Assembly (NCBI RefSeq): GCF_009914755.1
Contig: NC_060925.1
Direction: 5' to 3' (one strand)
DNA from: the human T2T-CHM13v2.0 reference genome, Homo sapiens
Length of the DNA: 64,000 bases
Below are positions 29,231 to 42,786 of the stretch, piece by piece. Below the pieces are notes generated by a model. The model searched no databases. It was not told where the DNA came from and worked only from the letters and a program-made list of their open reading frames with translations. Each line of letters starts with the position of its first letter. Positions within the stretch are counted from its first letter, which is position 1. Position numbers and translations under genes: made by a program.

Positions 29231-31324
29231 ACTCTCCCTGACTCCCACTCTCCCTGGCTCCCGCTTTTCCTGGTTCACTCTCCCTGGCTCCCACTCTCCC
29301 TGGCTCCCACTCTCCCTGGCTGCCACTCTCCCTGGCTGCCACTCTCCCTGGTTCACACTCTCCTTGGCTGCCACTCTCCCTGGCTCCTACTCTCCCTGGC
29401 TGCCACTCTCTCTGGCTGCCACTCCCTGGTTCACACTCTCCCTGGCTCCCACTCTCCCTGGTTCACACTCTCCCTGGCTCCCACTCCCTGGTTCACACTC
29501 TCCCTGGCTCCCACTCTCCCTGGTTCACACTCTCCCTGGCTCCCACTCCCTGGTTCACACTCTCCCTGGCTCTCACTCTCCCTGGTTCACACTCTCCCTG
29601 GCTGTCACTCCCTGGTTCACACTCTCCCTGGCTCCCATTCTCCCTGGCTCCCACTCTCCCTGGTTCCCATTCTCCCTGGTTCCCGCTCTCCCTGGCTCCC
29701 ACTCTCCCTGGCTCCCACTCCCTGGTTCACACTCTCCCTGGCTCCCACTCTCCCTGGTTCACACTCTCCCTGGCTCCCACTCCCTGGTTCACACTCTCCC
29801 TGGCTCCCACTCTCCCTGGTTCACACTCTCCCTGGCTCCCACTCCCTGGTTCACACTCTCCCTGGCTCTCACTCTCCCTGGTTCACACTCTCCCTGGCTG
29901 CCACTCTCCCTGGCTGCCACTCCCTGGTTCACACTCTCCCTGGTTCCCATTCTCCCTGGTTCCCGCTCTCCCTGATTCACACTCTCCCTGGCTGCCACTC
30001 CCTGGTTCACACTCTCCCTGGCTCCCACTCTCCCTGGTTCACACTCTCCCTGGCTCTCACTCTCCCTGGCTCCCACTCTCCCTGGTTCCCACTCTCCCTG
30101 GTTCACACTCTCCCTGGCTCTCACTCTCCCTGGTTCACACTCTCCCTGGTTCCCATTCTCCCTGGTTCACACTCTCCCTGGTTCCCGCTCTCCCTGATTC
30201 ACACTCTCCCTGGCTGCCACTCTCCCTGGCTGCCACTCCCTGGTTCACACTCTCCCTGGCTCCCACTCTCCCTGGTTCACACTCTCCCTGGCTTCCACTC
30301 TCCCTGGTTCACACTCTCCCTGGCTCTCACTCTCCCTGGTTCACACTCTCCCTGGCTCCCACTCTCCCTGGTTCCCACTCTCCGTGGTTCACACTCTCCC
30401 TGGTTCCCATTCTCCCTGGTTCCCGCTCTCCCTGATTCACACTCTCCCTGGCTGCCACTCTCCCTGGCTGCCACTCCCTGGTTCACACTCTCCCTGGCTC
30501 CCACTCTCCCTGGTTCACACTCTCCCTGGCTCCCACTCCCTGGTTCACACTCTCCCTGGCTCCCACTCTCCCTGGTTCACACTCTCCCTGGCTCCCACTC
30601 CCTGGTTCACACTCTCCCTGGCTCTCACTCTCCCTGGTTCACACTCTCCCTGGCTGCCACTCTCCCTGGCTGCCACTCCCTGGTTCACACTCTCCCTGGC
30701 TCCCACTCTCCCTGGTTCACACTCTCCCTGGCTGCCACTCCCTGGTTCACACTCTCCCTGGCTGCCACTCCCTGGTTCACACTCTCCCTGGCTCCCACTC
30801 TCCCTCGTTCACACTCTCCCTGGCTGCCACTCCCTGGTTCACACTCTCCCTGGCTCTCACTCTCCCTGGTTCACACTCTCCCTGGCTCCCACTCTCCCTG
30901 GTTCACACTCTCCCTGGCTCCCACTCCCTGGTTCACACTCTCCCTGGCTCTCACTCTCCCTGGTTCACACTCTCCCTGGCTGCCACTCTCCCTGGCTGCC
31001 ACTCCCTGGTTCACACTCTCCCTGGCTGCCACTCCCTCGTTCACACTCTCCCTGGCTCCCACTCTCCCTGATTCACACTCTCCCTGGCTGCCACTCCCTG
31101 GTTCACACTCTCCCTGGCTCTCACTCTCCCTGGTTCACACTTTCCCTGGCTCCTGCTCTCCCTGGCTTCCGCTCTCCCTGGCTTCTGCTCTCCCTGACTC
31201 CCGCTCTCCCTGGCTCCTACTCTCCCTGGTTCACACTCTCCCTAGTTCACACTCTCCCTGGCTCCTACTCTCCCAGATTCACACTCTCCCTGCCCCCCCC
31301 CCCCCCACCTCCCTGGTTCACACT
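29231..31324. repeat. ~2.1-kb pyrimidine-rich minisatellite (VNTR); 16-nt unit CACTCTCCCTGG+[TTCA/CTCC/CTGC/CTCT] with 14-nt variants
   Basis: Tandem units read directly. Explains the repetitive ORFs (TLPGSHSPW...). Confidence 0.97.
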
Positions 31325-32070
31325 TTGCCCAGAAGAAAGGCTTTTTGTGCCACTTGCTTCTAGCTTCTTATACCAGTCATGTCTAGGCTTTGGTGGCAGA
31401 TATGACTGCAAGAGACTTCAGGACAGTGGGTCCTTGGCTTTTAGAACAGACACCATGCTTTGCTGGGGAGGAGCTGGTTTATAATGCTGTGCTCTGTATT
31501 TACGGAGGAGATTGAACAGTGGCTTGGTAATGCAGATGACGTCCCTGGCCTGCTGTCATAGAGGAGATGAGTGACAGACAGTGAGTTTTGGCTGTGAAGG
31601 GGGGACTTGGAGTGTATAAGGGATCCTCAGAGTAAAATTCCTTCCTTCTGGTGGGTCCTGAGTGGACAGTGTGTGATAATCTCATCTGCCGTCTGTCAGG
31701 ATTGACTGTTGAATTCATTTTTAAAAAGGACACAACTCATTTTCCTATTGATATATCTTCTTGTATCTGGCCGGTTAGACAGCCCGTGGGGGTGTCTTTT
31801 GGTTTTGGAGACTAGATTTGAAGGTCCCCATGACCCAAATAATTTCCAGCTCGTGTGCAGGTCAGGATCCCCGAGTCGGAGCCTTGTCTCCAGCATGAGT
31901 GAGACGGTGTCCCTGAAAGGTCAGAGAGTGAAAGTTTGGCCAGAAAACACCCTCCTGTGGTGGGAACACAGCCTTGTGCAGCTTTCCTAACCCCTGTCCG
32001 TGGGGTTGGGAAGCTGCATTTATCACGGTTCTTTTTCTCTCTAGACACTTCAATAAAGACATTTATTTAC

Positions 32071-32279
32071 TTTAATCGTGATCCCAACTCCATCGTGCTC
32101 AACTAGTCACCGAACCAGCATCAACTCCATTAATAGTCCTAATAATAAAGCCCCTCAGATGTCAATATTTGATCCTCATGTTTCAGGATACTCCTCAGTA
32201 GCCATCGCCATAGTATAGCCAAAAATAACCGTCATGCCACCCAAATAAATAAAAAAGACTATCAACCCCACAAAAGCCC
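32071..32279 (-). pseudogene. NUMT: mitochondrial ND6 fragment
   Basis: In the vertebrate mitochondrial code the minus strand reads [69 protein letters not shown]. This is collinear with ND6 (YLGGM..FGYT.AMA.EEYPE.WGS), with three TGA=Trp codons. Confidence 0.9.
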
Positions 32280-33275
32280 GTTAGAGCAGGTTAGCACATT
32301 AGGACCAGAAAAGGGGTCTGATGAGGCACCCAGAGCCCTTCCGTACTGAGCTACTGAGGAGGGGGGAAGAGGTTGAGCCACACGCTGGGCAGCGGCAGCT
32401 GGTGGGTATGGGCCTGGAGTCTCACGTCCCGGCTCCAGGTCGTCGCTTCCACTCTGCCTCCGATCCTGGCGTGTCAGCATCAGTTGGCCCCTAGCTGTCT
32501 CCCTGGTGTCTGTGCCCATTATAGAGGTACGGGCATGCCACGCTGCCATGAGCCCTGGGCCAGGGCAGGTTCATCGGGGCCTGCAGGAACTAGCCCAGAG
32601 CCCTGGGAGAGGTCAGTGAACTTGTGTTGAAGGAACCTCCGGTTGACTTTTTATTTTGGTTTCATGCCTGGCTAGTGGACACTCCCAAACATGAGCACCT
32701 GTCTCCCACCCCCACTGCTTTATCATTTATGGTCACTCTTTTGGCTGCCCCTCCTCAGAGGAGAGCAGGCAGGCACACGGAGGCCTTCAGGAGGCTGCTG
32801 TACCAAGGAGGCACAGAGCCCAAACACTTCATTTCAGTTACTCACAGGCGAGACCCCCAAAACGTGCTCATGGAGCAGCAGGAAGAAGTAGGGTAGGTGG
32901 GAGACTGGTGTTCCTAGCGAGGGCCTGGTACTTGCAGATGAAGTCACGGTGCTGATAGGATTTTTAACTTGTGTATTACATGGTTTGAGGGCTTTTATTT
33001 CTTTAAAATCATGATGAAAATACCTCCTGGTGTAGCTGTGTGCCTGGTTCTTGGTACACCCCTGGAAGGGATTTGCAGCGAAATTGTGGGATCGTTGAAT
33101 TATGAGGCACTTTGGGATTGTGGTGCATTAGAAGTAGGATTTTAAGACCTAAGTTTTGAAAACAGAAGGTGAGAAAAGTTCTGGACAGATGTTTCCTTCT
33201 GGTAGTTATTCCCCTTCCCTCCTTTCTACTTCTGTGAGAGCGTAGACTCCCTTGCAGAAAAATACCTGGTCTTAA

Positions 33276-33445
33276 GCTGGCATGGTGGTGCAGGCCTGTA
33301 ATTCCAGCTGCTTGAGAGCCTGAGGTGGGAGGATCAGTTGAGCCTTGGAATTTGAGGCTGTAGGGTGCCATGATTATGCCTGTGAACAGCCTTGACACTC
33401 CAGCCCGGGCAACATAGTGAGACCCCTCTCTTAAAAAAAAAAAAA
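33276..33445 (+). mobile_element. Alu monomer (FRAM/J right arm)
   Basis: GCTGGCATGGTGGTGCAGGCCTGTAATTCCAGC...GCAACATAGTGAGACCC plus A-tail. Confidence 0.8.
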
Positions 33446-33983
33446 GTACCTGATGTTGATGAGGTGTGAAGGGTTCACTTTGCATGGTAAGGGGAGGTGT
33501 GGGTGTGGCCCCTAAACAGTAGGTCAGCGATATTTGTCAAAGGGGGGTGGGTACAGGCTGTGGTTTTGAAATGAGTCTACATGTTAGTCTGCTCACAAAT
33601 GACAGACTGTGTTTATTAGCAGCATCTGTTTATTAGCAGTCTGTGTTTATTGATTTGAGAAGAACAGGTTTTGCATCCCAGTATGCAGGACCACATATCT
33701 ATGGGGTATTTCCCCTATTGGGCCCTCCTTCCAGCGGAGTGGGTGCTCACCATCTCTGCTTCCTGGCTCTGGCGCCACTGTCTAGGGTGGGGCTTGGCAC
33801 CAGTTGGGAGTTCACTGGGTATGTAGGATGCAACTGTTTAGGTAGGAAGAAAGACACAACCAAGTACTGTTCAGTGTGTACTTTTTTAGATGGCTTATAT
33901 ATTTGCCACTTTGAAAGTAGGACAAGTGAACTAAGAAAGCTACCCACAGTGCTCCTTGATGCTTCCTTTTTGATTCTGCATCA

Positions 33984-35079
33984 TGTGGTAGTGCTTGGTG
34001 GTGTTGGTGCTTGGTGGTGGTGTTGGTGCTTGGTGGTGGTGGTGGTAGTGGTACTTGGTGGTGGTGGTACTTGGTGGTAGTGGTGGTACTTGGTGGTGGT
34101 GGTGGTGATGGTACTTGGTGGTGGTGGTGGTAGTGGTACTTGGTGGTGGTGGTACTTGGTGGTAGTGGTGGTACTTGGTGGTGGTGGTGGTGATGGTACT
34201 TGTGGTGGTGGTACTTGGTGGTGGTGGTGGTGGTGATGGTACTTGGTGGTGGTGGTCCTTGGTGGTGGTGGTGGTGGTACTTGGTGGCGGTGGTACTTGG
34301 TGGTGGTACTTGGTGGTGGTGGCGGTACTTGGTGGTGGTATCAGTGGTACTTGGTGGTGGTGGTGGTGGTGCTTGGTGGTGGTGGTGGTACTTGGTGGTG
34401 TCAGTGGTACTTGGTGGTGGTGGTGGTGCTTGGTGGTGGTGGTACTTGGTGGTGGTGGTGGTACTTGGTGGTGATGGTACTTGGTGGTGGTGGTACTTGG
34501 TGGTGGCAGTGGTACTTGGTGGTGGTACTTGGTGGTACTTGGTGGTGGTGGTGGTACTTGGTGGTGGCGGTGGTACTTGGTGGTGCTGGTGGTGCTTGGT
34601 GGTGGTGGTGGTACTTGGTGGTGGTGATGGTACTTGGTGGTGGTGGTGGTGGTACTTGGTGGTGGTACTTGGTGGTACTTGGTGGTGGTGGCGGTACTTG
34701 GTGGTGGTGGCGGTGGCACTTGGTGGTGGTGGTGCTTGGTGGTGGTGATGGTACTTGGTGGTGGTGATGGTACTTGGTGGTGGTGGTGGTGGTACTTGGT
34801 GGTGGTGGTGGTACTTGGTGGTGGCGGTGGTACTTGGTGGTGGTACTTGGTGGTACTTGGTGGTGGTGGCAGTACTTGGTGGTGGTGGCAGTGGTACTTG
34901 GTGGTGGTGGTGGTGCTTGGTGGTGGTGGTGGTGCTTGGTGGTGGTGGTTGTACTTGGTGGTGGTGTCAATGGTACTTGGTGGTGGTGGTGGTGCTTGGT
35001 GGTGGTGGTGGCGGCAGTGGCGGTGGTGATGGTGGTGGTGGTGGTGGTGGTGGTAGTGGTGCTTGGTGGTGGTGGTGGT
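33984..35079. repeat. ~1.1-kb (GGT)n-based VNTR with GGTACTT/GGTGCTT interruptions
   Basis: Read directly. Source of the poly-V/W/G and poly-P/T/H ORFs. Confidence 0.97.
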
Positions 35080-35795
35080 TGTTCATTTCTTTTGAATGGT
35101 GGTTAGGATCTTCCAAATTATTGCACTGTGGGTCTGGACTGCAGTTTGAAAACATTGGTTTGGTGAATAGTTGAAGCTGAGGGTGGGCTGACCCTGAGGG
35201 GTCAGGGAGGGGCTCTGGTTGTCCCTTGGTCTATGGATATCCGTCACAGGCCTCACTGGGCAGAGCAATGGTGGCTGGGCAGGGACAGGCAGCCTCAGCC
35301 CCTGTGGGTTTGGGTTGGAGCACCAATGCCGTGAGTGGTCCCTTGGACCTTGCAGGGAAGTTCTTTGGGAATTGGATGCTCCTCTCCCAACAGGCAGTTT
35401 TGGTCCAGAGGGATGAACCCTAGACTGGGAGTCTGTGCGCCTGACTCAAGTCCTGGTTCTGCTGCGAATCATGAATCACGCCACCTGTCTGTGCCTCAGG
35501 TTTTCCGTAGGGTGCTTGTGAGGCCCAGGTGAGGAAATGTGTGGGAAGCAGCAAGCACACCGCACCACTGACTCAACGGCCTTTATTCTGCTCCATTCCC
35601 CTGGAGTGTCCAGAGTCACGTGGAGCCTCCCTTGAGCCCTGGGCCCTTTCTTATCTCTTAGCAGAAGGGGAGATCAGTGGAAAAACCAGCCCTCTGGACC
35701 TTCTGCTCAGAGTTTGGTGTGGAGTTGGTAGTGTGGGTTTGGCCTGCAGAGGCCTGGGGCCTCCCCTGACTTGGCCTCCTCTCTTCCAGCCCTGA

Positions 35796-36086
<291 letters not shown>

Positions 36087-36141
36087 TGAGGGCCCACCAG
36101 CTAATGTGTCCCACGGTCCTTCCAGGGTGGGACAGGGCCCC

Positions 36142-36490
36142 TGTGTGAGGCTGTGGCAACTATAACAGAATTCCATAGACTGGTGGCTTAAACAATGCAC
36201 GCTTATTTCTCAAAGTTCTAAAGACTGGAAAGTCCAATATTAAGGTGCCAGAAGATTCAGTGTCTGGTGAGGGCCTGTTTCCTAATCCATAGATGGCCAT
36301 CTTCTCACTGTGTCCTCATGGGGCAGGAGGAGGGCAAGGCTGCTCTCTAGGGCCTGTGTTATGAGGGCACCAATCCCATTGAGGAGGGCTTCATTCTCAT
36401 GACTTAATTACTTCCCAAAGGCCCCACCTCCCAATACTATCACACTAGGGGCTAGGTTTCAGTGTGTGCACTTTGGAGACACACAATGCA
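36142..36490. mobile_element. MLT1A-like (MaLR) LTR
   Basis: CCATAGACTGGTGGCTTAAACAA...AAGGTGCCAGAAGATTCAGTGTCTGGTGAGGGCC...CCCAAAGGCCCCACCTCCCAATAC. Confidence 0.8.
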
Positions 36491-37880
36491 GTTTTTACTG
36501 GGGCCCATGTGTCCATCAGCCTGGCTCAGCCTTCGAAGGCCCTTCCCACTGAGCCTGCTGAGCCTCCGCCAAGGCCTGGCCTCATTTTTCTCCTTCAGTT
36601 TGCTGAGGGTCTCTGCACTCCTGACTGGGGGCCCTCCTTTCCTTGGTGGCAGCTGGCACAGCCCTTCCAAGAACAGCTTCATCTCCAGCCTCTCTCTCAT
36701 CCCTGTGCCATCTAGGGGAGGAGATGACCTTTTGTGCCAAGGTCCAGGAAGCCTTGATGTCTTACCTCCAAGGGGTGATTTTCAGTGAAATCGTGTGCTG
36801 GAGAGGTGACTATAGACAGGGCTGGCTACAGCAGAGCACGGCCCACCATGGCGTCACCTTGCACAGTTGCCAGCAGCTTCCCTGACAGTCAAGGAGACAG
36901 GGTGGGGGGTGTTTGTGTGCCTGTTGCGCGTGTGCACCTGTGTGTGTGCGCTTAGGCATGTGTGCATTGGAGGTTGTGTCGCAGCTTCTCTCCTTCCACG
37001 TCTGTTCTGTGGATGGCTGATTTCTGGACAAAGGTCACCGCCCTCCTGCAGGCTGTGAGGCCGTCGCAGCCCCCAGGCATCTCAGTCTCAGGTTTAGGAC
37101 CTGCAGGCCCTTCCCTGCCGCTCTGGGAGGATCCCACAGTGATACAGTGGCTGTCACCAAGCATACCTGCCTTTAATGTTCAGAAGTCCTCACACCTGTG
37201 CTCTCCCCCGAGCCTCACCACTGTCCTGGGATGGGGGCCAGCCTGGACCATCACACCCATTTCTCAGATGAGGAAACTGAGGTGAAGCAATTTGCTGCAG
37301 GACTCATAACGAGTGACAGGACCAGAATTCTTGTCCCCTCCCAGCCTGGACTCCATGCTCTTGCCCTCCCCTTGCCTGATTTGGTGCCTGAGTGTGGGGC
37401 CTCGGCCTCGCTCTTGGGTGTTTTGCCTGTGGGACACTCAGAAAGTGAGGTTGCCCAGCTCACTTGGGCCTGCCCAGGAGTGGGACAGCCTGGACAGGCC
37501 TTAGCCCTAATGGCGAGCAGGGCCTCCTACTCGGGCACTCTCCAACCCTCTGCTCCCAAAGCATGTCTGGAAGGGGCAGGGCTTCCCCATCAGTCACTCG
37601 GAGGTAGGGCTGAGTGACGAGCCACACCACCCAGGAGGCACGGGAGCAGGGTAGGCACCGGAGCAGGGTGGCTGCCCGCAGTGCGCTGCCATTCACTCCC
37701 TCAGTGCTTCGCTTTTCCGTGTCTCCCTTCTCGCGAGGGGAGGAAGGTCACGGACTCCAGGATCCTGTCTCCCTCCAGCCCCTCAAGGTTGCTTCCACAT
37801 TCATTCAGCAGATACTTACTGAGTCCGGGTCCCTTCGGGGCCCTGGGGACCCCCCCACTGGCCTTGGGCTTCCACAGTGA

Positions 37881-38316
<436 letters not shown>

Positions 38317-39412
38317 TAAATACAACTTGTTTCTACTCTGAGAGTAGTGCCACAGCCAGCAGGGCCAGCCTGGGTGTTGGATCCCGGCTCTGTCATTTGC
38401 TGCCTGGTGACCTTCACCAGCACATCAGCCGTCTTTGCCTCAGTTTCCTGTTTTTGAAATGAGTGTAACAGCCTGTCTCTCTCCTCCCTCCCATCCTGTG
38501 ACATCTTAGACAGCAGAACGTGAGGCTTGGGTATCCTGCTGTCTGCATACCCTGCGCATTTCATTTGTTTCAGTTGAAGCCGAGAATCCAGGCCACTGGT
38601 CTCCCTCTAGAAGCCGGTGCTGTTCTAATTATAGGCTCCTGGGTGCTGTTTCCTGGCCCTGTCTGTGGCCTCCAGTAACTGTGACTGTGAGGAGCCCTAT
38701 TTTCAGATGAGGAAGTAGCAGAGAAGGGTCAGGAGCTCACTCAAGGTCACTCCTGGTTCAGAAGCAGAAAGGACCTGGGCCCGAAGCTCAGGCCTTGGTG
38801 ACCATCACAAAGAAAACATGGCGTATCCTCTCCCCTGCCCCTCCATTTCCCTGTACCCTGAGCTCTTAGGGACGGCCAGGCCTGGTCCTGGTTGTAACCA
38901 CCTCTCCAGTGAGGATCTCTTACATGCATACCCCGGCTGGTGGGTGGCATCCATGTCTGCAGTAAGCTGTGGGCTTAGGTGGGCCCGTCGGTGTGCTTCC
39001 CTCACCCCTTGCTGGCCTTAGGCTGTGTGTTCACCTCTCAGAGCTTTCCCTGTCTTTTGCGCCCTGGTTTACCATCTCCAAAGCCCTGGAGGCCTTCTTG
39101 GCCCTGTTTTATAGGTGAGGAACCCGCTGCGGGCGTAGTGTGCACTTGGCCTGGCCCCGGCTGGGCACACAGTAGGTGCTCAGTGTCCCACCTAGGACCA
39201 CACAGCAGAGCCCCAACAGAAGCAGGGCTGGAGCCCAGGTCCCGGCTCCCAGGCTGGGAAGGGTGCCGGGCCTCAGGTGCAGCACTGTGCCACCTCTGGA
39301 GGTGGGAGGGGGCGGGATGCTGGTGGTGTGCTGTCCTGGGCAGCAGGGGACAGGCAGGGAGGAGCTCCTGGCTCGCTCTTGCTCTCCTAATGCTGGCCTT
39401 TGCTCCCTGCAG

Positions 39413-39823
39413 GGTCAGGATAAACATGAAGAATATTTTGCTGAGAACTTCGGCGGCCCAGAAGGGGAGTTCCACTTCTCAGTCCCGCATGCAGCCGGAG
39501 CCTCCACAGACTTCTCTTCAGCCTCCGCTCCCGACCAGTCAGCGCCCCCATCCCTGGGTCATGCCCACAGCGAGGGCCCAGCTCCTGCCTACGTGGCCAG
39601 TGGACCCTTTAGAGAAGCCGGGTTCCCCGGCCAGGCCTCCTCCCCTCTGGGCAGGGCCAACGGGAGGCTCTTTGCAAACCCCAGAGACTCATTCTCTGCC
39701 ATGGGCTTTCAGCGAAGGTTCTTCCACCAGGACCAATCCCCTGTTGGGGGCCTCACAGCCGAGGACATTGAGAAGGCCCGGCAGGCTAAGGCTCGCCCCG
39801 AGAACAAGCAGCACAAACAGACG
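39413..39823 (+). CDS. COQ8A: COQ8A exon 3 (aa 60-196), including the R-R-F|F-H site at aa 160-164 that fits the known long presequence cleavage
   Basis: CCCTGCAG|GGTCAG to ACG|GTGCGT. 411 nt, phase 0. Confidence 0.95.
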
Positions 39824-39984
39824 GTGCGTATGGGAGGCCCCTGGAGGGCCGAGGTAGCTGCCACCCACAGCAGTGATGGCCTTGGGCTCTGCTCTAGGGA
39901 CTTTTCCTGGGTGCTGTGGTCTGGGGTTTTTAGGAGCGTGGTGGCCTTCTCTTGGTGGAGTGTGCTGTCAGGCGGAGCTGCTGA

Positions 39985-40521
<537 letters not shown>

Positions 40522-42484
40522 TGAGGAAAAGCTCTTCCCTGGGGCTGTTCAGCAACTCAGCAGGGCTTTCTTTCCCCCTGGGACCAGACATTTAGGGAGC
40601 CCATTTGCTGGGTCCCCACAGGCCTGCGGCTCATGAGTGGAGTGACAAGATGCCATGGCCTCCAGCTGCTGCTGTTTAAAGCCGTTTGTCTGTACTTTGG
40701 GGGGTTGAGTTGTCATTGTGCCCAGTACACATGCGCTCTTTTTATAGAAGTTGAAGGGTGATTTTATAGTGAAGGTTTATAGCAGTTGTGTCTGCTTTGA
40801 TGGCATCATGTTTGTCATGCTGCTGCTAATGCGCTGGCCCAGATGTTCCTGTTAAAGTGCCATCTCCTTTGCTGTGGTACACTCTAAGTTAGTTACTGGG
40901 ATTGCATTTCTTTAACACTCAGCTGTCCTCAGTAGGTTCTCCAGGTGATATAATTAATGGAAGCCACAGTTTTGGTGGCTTGATTTGGACCCTGACCTTG
41001 GGTGAGTGGTTAGTTCCAGGGCTGTAGGCAGCAGAGGTCTGAGTGGTCCATGATGGTGCTGGTGCTGGGTGGGGCATGGAGATGCACTCTCATGGGTCTG
41101 CCTGTCTCTTTGCTGGTTTATGTTTTTCCTCCCATACACCATCCATCATACATGCTGTTCCTCCGCTCCTGCCTATTCTCTTTTGGAAACCCCATCCTAC
41201 TTGTTCAAGACTGGTTCTGGGCAGAGGCTCACGTACTGTGCTCCCCGAGAGCCTGGTATTCTGGGAGCTGCGTAATGTGTGTGGGTTCTGACATTGAATG
41301 ATGGCTGGCCCCCCTCTCCAAGGTGCTGAGCAGACTTGGTTAACTGGATAGAATTTTCTCAGCAGTAAGGTTTTCTTTCATAATTTTTACCTTAATATTT
41401 GGCATCCACTGTACTTAGCCATTCAGGAATTTAGTATGAAGTGTCATCTATGTGACAGCCAAGAGTATTTGCTTATTTCCTTTTCCTGGGGTAACATTTC
41501 AAGCAGTCCCTCATAGAATATCACACCTCCCTGAGTTCTGCTGTCAGAATGAGTTTGAGAATCACTGCCTTGGTGGCCTCTAGTGGTCCTTATCCCCTGG
41601 AAGACTTGGCATGTTACTTGCTTTGCACATTGGCTTGTCATTGGGTAACATGTATTATTTCTTATTAAAATATTGAATGGAGGCTGTCTTCTTTCCCCAT
41701 GATATTGAGGGCAGGAGCTACCCTGTTTTCACATCGGTACCTTTTCTCTGTCCCCTCCCTCTTCCTTTCACTCTAGACTCTTGGTGAGCCTGTCCCTGGA
41801 AGGCTGAGTTTGACGTGTTTCAGGACTGGTGCAGTCCTCACTTCGGAGTCTTTGTGGGGTGGGGAGAAGCGGTAGAGCTAATGCAGGCTGTTAGGGAAAA
41901 GTGGTCAGAATGAAAGTCTTGATGGTGAATTAGAATCTGGTGGAGCACCACGAAGTCCTGGCGAAGGAGGCAGTAGTCAGACCCTTTTGGGTGACGGGTT
42001 AAGGAAGACAGAGACTGATGTGGAAGGGGTTATATATAGGAAGATGTGTAGGAAGAAAAAGGTAGAGAGCTCTCCTCAGAGGGTGGGGGATTATGGGTAG
42101 CCAGAGGGAGCCTGGGTTAGTGGAGTTGAAGCCCTAGTCTTGGGTGCTTTGTAGCATCAGAAGCCTCTGGAGCCTTTGCTGACACCTGCCTGATGTACGG
42201 AGCCATCTGTGGGTGTCTGTGTGCTGGAGGATTGCCCACAGCTATGATTCAGAGATGCTCATGTTGTTGCCCAAGCAATTGACAGATGATGTTTCAGGCT
42301 TGGAGATGGCAGGATGGGAGCAAAGAGAAGCCAGGTCAGGAAAGAACGTGCCGTTCTGGCCCTAGTGGGGAATTCTGGGCCTTCTGGCTCACCCAGTTGA
42401 ACCTTTCAAACTGTAGGTTATGACCCTTTAGTAACTGTGAAATTAATTTAATGCATCAGGATCAGCATATAAAAAACAAGTTAA

Positions 42485-42786
<302 letters not shown>

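Noticed and set aside
29172-31484. 267-aa and 366-aa ORFs
   Set aside because: Translations of the 14/16-nt VNTR; they lack stops only because of base composition.
33940-35174. Poly-V/W/G and poly-P/T/H ORFs on both strands
   Set aside because: Artefacts of the GGT repeat.
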